A stretch of 64,000 bases of DNA. Origin: Tubiluchus corallicola (lineage: Eukaryota; Animalia; Priapulida). The position numbers and the translations under genes are program-made. The stretch's first letter is position 1. Each line of letters starts with the position of its first letter. The stretch lies in contig JAQGDQ010000046.1 of NCBI GenBank assembly GCA_030141605.1, forward strand, positions 744,001 to 808,000. The letters are read 5' to 3'. Below, piece by piece: positions 14,496 through 64,000 of this stretch. The notes beneath the pieces are model-generated. The model was not told the origin of the DNA. It saw only the letters and a list, made by a program, of their open reading frames with translations, and did not search any database.

Positions 14496-14691
14496 AAGCA
14501 CAGCATTGCCTATAATAAGTATTTATACCGGTTCTGCTAAATGAATGTAACACAAAACTTATTTAAAGAAGTAGAAAGTATAACAAATGACTTTGAAACT
14601 TGCCAAACATTGCTAGTACACTTCAACGCACAGCCGTCTACAGAACGCGTAGCAAGAATATGGCGAATCGACCGCAGCCATTTTTATGAAT
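14496..14691 (-). other. Putative non-coding first exon of Sprouty (intron 13245-14495)
   Basis: gtaagt donor at 14490-14495; Inr-like start about 32 nt below a TATA-like element; YY1-like AAAATGGCTG just downstream of the start. An alternative donor at 14711-14716 is not excluded. Confidence 0.45.
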
Positions 14692-15070
14692 GAAGATGAC
14701 GAAGTGGAGTACTTACTGTTATAAATCACTCACTAGAACTTACATACCTATTACTTGCCAGAATATCCATTTCTTAGCGCTTATCCTTCGGCGTGAACAT
14801 TAAAAATTACTTAATAAACACCGTAAAACTGTATTTTTACAGAAATCTTCACAGAAATCTAACATGTTCGCGCTCCGCCAGCCAAATATGGAAAGCAGCA
14901 GCACGAGGTCCTCCCCCTTCGCTTCCGGGCGAGTCCACTGCTCAAACAAGGGGTAGCGCCTTATCTGCCACGCGTGGATGGGCAAGCGTGGGCGTGAGAA
15001 GCATCGACGACTATGCGTCTCATTGATAAATTACTAAAGCAAAATTTCCCCTTGCATGACGTAATTGCGT
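14640..15070 (-). promoter_or_regulatory. Putative Sprouty promoter
   Basis: CpG-rich. CArG CCAAATATGG 14882-14891, ETS CCGGAAG 14922-14928, EGR GCGTGGGCG 14986-14994, TGACGTAA 15057-15064, TTCACAGAA 14848-14856, TGAATGAA 14687-14694. Weak TATA near 14720 and Inr-like TCATTC near 14691. Confidence 0.7.
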
Positions 15071-17086
15071 GTAATTTTCTTGTCAAAAAACCTACCAGAA
15101 ACGGAAAACAATAACTCGACATGACGACGACGATGATGATTTTCATTTTTAATAAGCGCTTCTAACCTAAATTTAAAACGATTTATAGTATTAGATTTCA
15201 CAGCAGGAAGCAAAGTAAAGCCTAACCTAGTTTTACGCGATGTTTTTTGCATAGTAATTCCAAATACATCCATTAATTTGCTCTTTCCGCTAATCCGTCT
15301 GCTCTCATTTTGACTTGTTGAAACATTCGCGAAATTCACACTTTTAGGCGCAGTGCTGCATGAATAGTTTTATGAACAAGTTCTGATTAACAAATTTAGA
15401 TACAAAGATACTGTATTATGCCGTAAATTTGTTAAACCTTTGTAGGCATCTGCCCGCAAAAAAATGGAGGCACTGTCTGAATATTTTTGTGCTATCATTT
15501 TATTCAATAAAGATTTATCACCAACATTATTATCATCAATTTGGCTTTTAATAACGTACATTTAATTGTAGGTGCGGTGTCTTTGCTATGTACCATTTTT
15601 TCCTAAAATGCATTTATTTTTTGCATCACTGTTAATGAAATTATGCAAAAAATAAGTATAAAATAAAAACTGCGGCTAAATAAAGTATGCTTATCTGTAT
15701 TTTTGTCACCGCTTGCTTGTAAGCAATACTTGATAAACAAGAATGTGTGAAGTTAATGAAAATATATACGCAAGGCAATATAATTATTAAATTAAAATTA
15801 CTTTGCCGTAAATTTAAAATTTACTAGCAAAAATGTTATACCATGGGGATTCTTGGACGGAGAAGCTCAATTTGCATGACTCGTAAGCCAGTGCGTCAAT
15901 GCGTAATGGTAATAATCCAATAGGTTATAATGCCTTTAGTGATTGTAAAACATTGTGCAGACAAAGTACAAAAGTGAACACATTTACTACTTAACCGAAA
16001 TTTATGACTGCTTAATGTGCACCTACATTTTTAGCACTATCCAGTAAAAGCAATCTAGAAGTAGATCACTAGGATAAGAAAACACAGCGAAATTAAGCCA
16101 CAAGTATGCTTTCAAGGCACTAATGTGTACAGTAAGCTTCCGCAGCAAGAAAAAAGATAATACCAGTAATCACTAAAATAGTATTTCACTTAAACGATAA
16201 AGAAGTAAAACACTTGGCACGCTTTTACTTAATTCATTACAAATGTGTAACAGTCAACAAACAAAAATCTCTGCAACTCTCACTAATTTTAAATAAAACT
16301 CCAATTTTCAAGAACCCACCTTCGCGATCACTAGTTCCGAGTTTTATAACTTCAAAATACCCACCCATCCAAAGCACGTTTATGAAGCTTATTCGTGCAC
16401 GCCTCCCATAAAAACGTCAATTCTCTTTCAGTTTTGATCGATTTTTTTCCCTTCAATATGTGCTCACAGCTCAGTTTTGCTGGCGACACAAATAAGTTCA
16501 ATAAGCAAGTGATGCAGGAATGCTGCCGCATTGGTTCAGCAACAAATGATCTAGGTAAGCCAATTTCTTCTAACCGAGTACCGAGACACACCTTTGACAG
16601 ATTGAAATGTGCGCTCACGAGCAAGCTTTTAATCGGCGCAACTCAAATAAACCTACGGTGAGTTTAGGCGACCGCAGATAGTATAAACAGAACACGCAAC
16701 TATTACACATTCGCCGACGAAGTTGTCGCTGTCGACGCATCATAGTTGTTTTTCCATTAGGCAAAAGCACTCGAGTCATAATTTCATACATGCATTTATT
16801 GCTGTTTTACCCCAAAAGCACAAAAGTCGTGCAAACTGGAACAAAATTTGTCTAAAGATCGTCCAAGGAAGTCCAAGGACACAGGATGGAAAACTGGCCC
16901 ACTGCCAAATTTCCTGTGAATGGATAAATAACATGCTCATATTACTGAGATAAGGTGTAATTGCCAGGATATGTAATATTGTGATTATATCCGCATAATA
17001 ACAGGAAGCTATAGGCACAGAGAAATAATCTGGAACGGTTAAAGCGAAGGACAGAGGGGATGGGAAAAGAACATGCGGTAAGGATG

Positions 17087-17790
<704 letters not shown>

Positions 17791-17912
17791 CAGAGGGTGA
17801 GAAAAGAGAGGAGGCCGAGGGACAGTTAAAGAACGGTTACGTTTCACTTTCCAAGAGCAATAACATTGCATTCTTATAACAAAAATAAATACTAGAAACT
17901 TGTCCCATTTTC

Positions 17913-17918
17913 TTTATT
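17913..17918 (-). terminator. Candidate eIF5B poly(A) signal AATAAA
   Basis: Minus-strand AATAAA about 490 nt after the stop; first one I noticed downstream of the stop. Confidence 0.4.
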
Positions 17919-18407
17919 TCGAATTGCATCTTCAAAAAAAAAGTAAGAATCTGCTAGACAAGGTGATTTATTCGGGTGCTTTTCAGAAAGAAACATCTGA
18001 TTTGCTAATTCTACTGACCCGCATAAATCAACTAGAGGTGTCGTTAATATCCAATTATTTCGACACAATAATTCATGATACATTCTCTTAATTATTTGCA
18101 GACAATTACCATTTAATAAAACTTTATATATCGTCTGAATAACACCATTCACTTTGATAAAATCACTATGTATAAATCGACATCATCACCAAATCAGTAA
18201 CAAAATCAAACGAAATTCGTGTACAATGGTTAAATATTTAGTATATTTGCAGCTAAAGAAAGAAAGATGAGGCCGATATTAAGTTAACAGGGATTGTAGT
18301 CTTTAATGTTTTGCTCCTCATCCCAACAATAAATAAAATATACTCTCTTCACAATGCATAGTAAAATATACACAATAACAATGCGACTCTTAACAAAATA
18401 TTTAACG

Positions 18408-61281
<42,874 letters not shown>

Positions 61282-62639
61282 CTGAAAAGTAAAGCATTAT
61301 ATAATATTATATAACATTATTACACTAGCACAAAATTTTTAATGTGGAGCACGCTAATTGATTTGGCAATGAAAAACTTTAATAACTATGCTCTTAACTG
61401 CTATAACATGGTTTGGCTTTAACGAGAATATTAATTTTGTGCCTGCCCCTTTAGTTGCTCATAAACTATGTTATTATTGCTTTATGCTAATAATCACAGA
61501 GCCAGTTTAACCAACAAATGAATGAACAAATGATTTGCATGAAATGGCAGAAGAAACTCCCTTTTAACTTATTGTTTGCCTTTGTTTATCTGGGTTTTAG
61601 TTTACTTCAGTGAAATCCTTGGCTGCAGATGGATATACTGTCCCACAGGTTGACTTAATGGGAGTCTAAGCCTAAGGAAAGCTGATTGGCCAAACTCCAA
61701 CTTCATTGTAACACAACCCTACTTGGTGATTTACTAATGAATATTTGCTAGTGAATATTCCAATAGTCGATTAAATGTATTATGTAGCATATTATAGTAA
61801 CACTGAAAATATTTTTAATGTTAAGCTCAAGTCTGAGCTTTGCCCATTCCTATTTCAATGCACTATAAGTGATAGATAAAAAATATTAGTAACAAAGCAT
61901 AGTGAGTGAAAGTTTCAGTGTGATGTCACTGGTATCTCGTGTATTACTGAGCTTGATTAAATTTACTGTTTTTTGTTTTTTAAATGCCTCAGTTGACCGC
62001 TCATATAATATTTCTGACAGAGTGATCATTTTTTGTTTCCGACAGATAAAATTGTAAAAGAACAGCGGATTCCTAGGCGTAATCGACCAGAAAAGAACTG
62101 AACACCAAGGCAAGCAAGCAGGATTTCTATGTCTGCTGTTTGGAATACTTAGGCAGCAAAGGATCTATAAAATTTCATAAGATAAATATCATTATTTGTA
62201 ATGTTTGGTTAACATCGATGAAACAAACTTATTTATATTTATAAAAAGATTACACAACTGTACAAAAAAATATATTCCCACAGACTTCTTTCTGTACAAT
62301 TTTGTTATACACTGGATAGCAAGACTGGAATAGATTTAAATAATGGTCACAATATCGAGTGTTAACATTTCTGAAACATCTTAGAAAAATTTTTTTTTGC
62401 AAAGGCTGAAAGACATTTCAAAAATGTTTTCTGTTTTTTTTTGTAAAATTACTTAATGTAATAAAGTACTAAATGACAAATAATTTTACAAAAAAAACAG
62501 CAAATATTTTTACTAATGATTAATTTGATGGCTAATTTATTTGTCATCAATCTTTCCTGTCATTTCTTGTTTGTTAGATGTCACGTATGGTTTGTCACTG
62601 GCAGCCTAGTTTTTTGCTGTTATAGCACAATTTAACATT

Positions 62640-63330
62640 ATTAGCCTAAATTTTTTCGAAGTTTGTAGTCCTAGAGCTGCTAGACCTGGTACATCGACAA
62701 TGCAAAAAATGGCTTTCCACTATTCATCAGTCTTTTATGTGCATTTACGGTATTTCAAATGCACCATATCATAGTTCCATTGTAAGCCACTAACCTGGTT
62801 CTACTTACAGATGATAGTAGTTTGCTGGTTTCAACTTTGTCTATTTTTTTGGGAAACACTCCTCCATAGATGTAGACAGGGGATTGTATTTCCCTGGGCT
62901 CATGTGTGTAGTTTAGCACATAGCCACCTTTCTTGTTGTCATTGATATATGTGGATGTCCATGTTGACATAGGCCTCATCACGAGATTTTGGCTTTTCCA
63001 GGCAAACACAGACGTCAGATATATGTATATCTGCATACAGCAGGGCTTCATATTCAGATTCTCCTTCTTTAGTGACAGTGCTGACGTCATGGTTCTGCTG
63101 GATTCTTCTCTGTGTCAATCTATATCTACTGTTGCTTCGCTTTGTCCACTCTGATTTCTATTGGTTTTGGTAGCACTATGGCTTCTTTTCTGCATTTTCA
63201 TAGTTATACAATTTTTTTTCCAATGTTTTATTTTAGTACACACTCTGCAAATTGAATTTCTGGCCTGGCACTAATCTTATCATGAGTGATCCTGCTTCAC
63301 AACACCAGTACACTGTTTATTAAAAAACAA
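62640..63330 (-). mobile_element. Decayed Ty3/Gypsy-like gag-protease remnant in an eIF5B intron
   Basis: Zinc knuckle CQARNSICRVCTKIKHWKKNC (about 63208-63270). Broken protease motif AQGNTIPVYIY, then LVAYNGTMI and FCIVDVPGLAALGLQT, with stops and frameshifts. Confidence 0.75.
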
Positions 63331-64000
63331 GTTCTTGTCTTAGCTTTACATTTGCGTATGCTAATGTTCTCTGTTACGTCTGCACTACTGAATCCTTACA
63401 TTCAAACTGCTGTACGCTTTTTGTTAGTTTTTATTCTAACTTGTATTTGGTAGTTATATGGCCGCTACACAATCTATCTTTTGAAGGTATTATTCTGATG
63501 ATAAAAAAATGTACATTGTTTTTTATTTAAAAACCAGTGTCCCTAATAACTCCCCTTTTTGGGATGAATAGACTCTATTTCTTATTTTTATATTTATTTA
63601 AATATAAACTTATTTTTAGTTCACATACCCATCTTGAATTACTTGAGGTGAAAAGGGACACAAAAAATCAGTTATGTTGATATCTAAGCTAAATCTATAC
63701 AAAGCTTGGTTAGATAGCACTGACATCAAAATTCACCATTCTCTCCAACTGACCACATACCTTAGAACTAGAACATTTTAGGATGTGCTGTAGCTCCCAA
63801 AATTTGCTCATTGTATTGTGCTAGCAGAGAGTTATTTATAACGTGCATGGCATGCTGTCCGGATTCACCCCATTGATTATATCAAACTAAGTCTAAAACT
63901 GCTCAAAAGTGGACAAAAAATAAAGAGCAACTCAAAATTTAAAAAAATTGTTAGGTATTACTAATGATAAGTCACTCAATCTGGTCTGTAATAGATGTGG

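Overview
AT-rich animal genomic DNA (invertebrate-like, possibly lophotrochozoan; taxon is a guess). Two protein-coding genes lie head-to-tail on the minus strand. The first is eIF5B (translation initiation GTPase): 24 coding exons hand-spliced from 61281 down to the stop at 18408, about 1358 aa visible, with the first exon(s) outside the window. The second is Sprouty: single coding exon 12378-13217, putative non-coding first exon and promoter at about 14.5-15.1 kb. The Sprouty promoter region carries a near-complete ERK/immediate-early motif set (CArG+ETS, EGR, CRE/ATF, STAT, Capicua-type). Three of the last four eIF5B introns, which face the Sprouty promoter, are expanded (6-10 kb) and contain CpG-bearing islands with Capicua/ETS/CRE motifs. 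This suggests eIF5B is a bystander gene hosting Sprouty enhancers (a genomic regulatory block). The remainder is introns and intergenic DNA with long (GA)n/(CT)n tracts, a 37-bp minisatellite, foldback MITE-like elements, and decayed LINE, Gypsy and Academ-like transposon remnants. All coordinates were read by eye.
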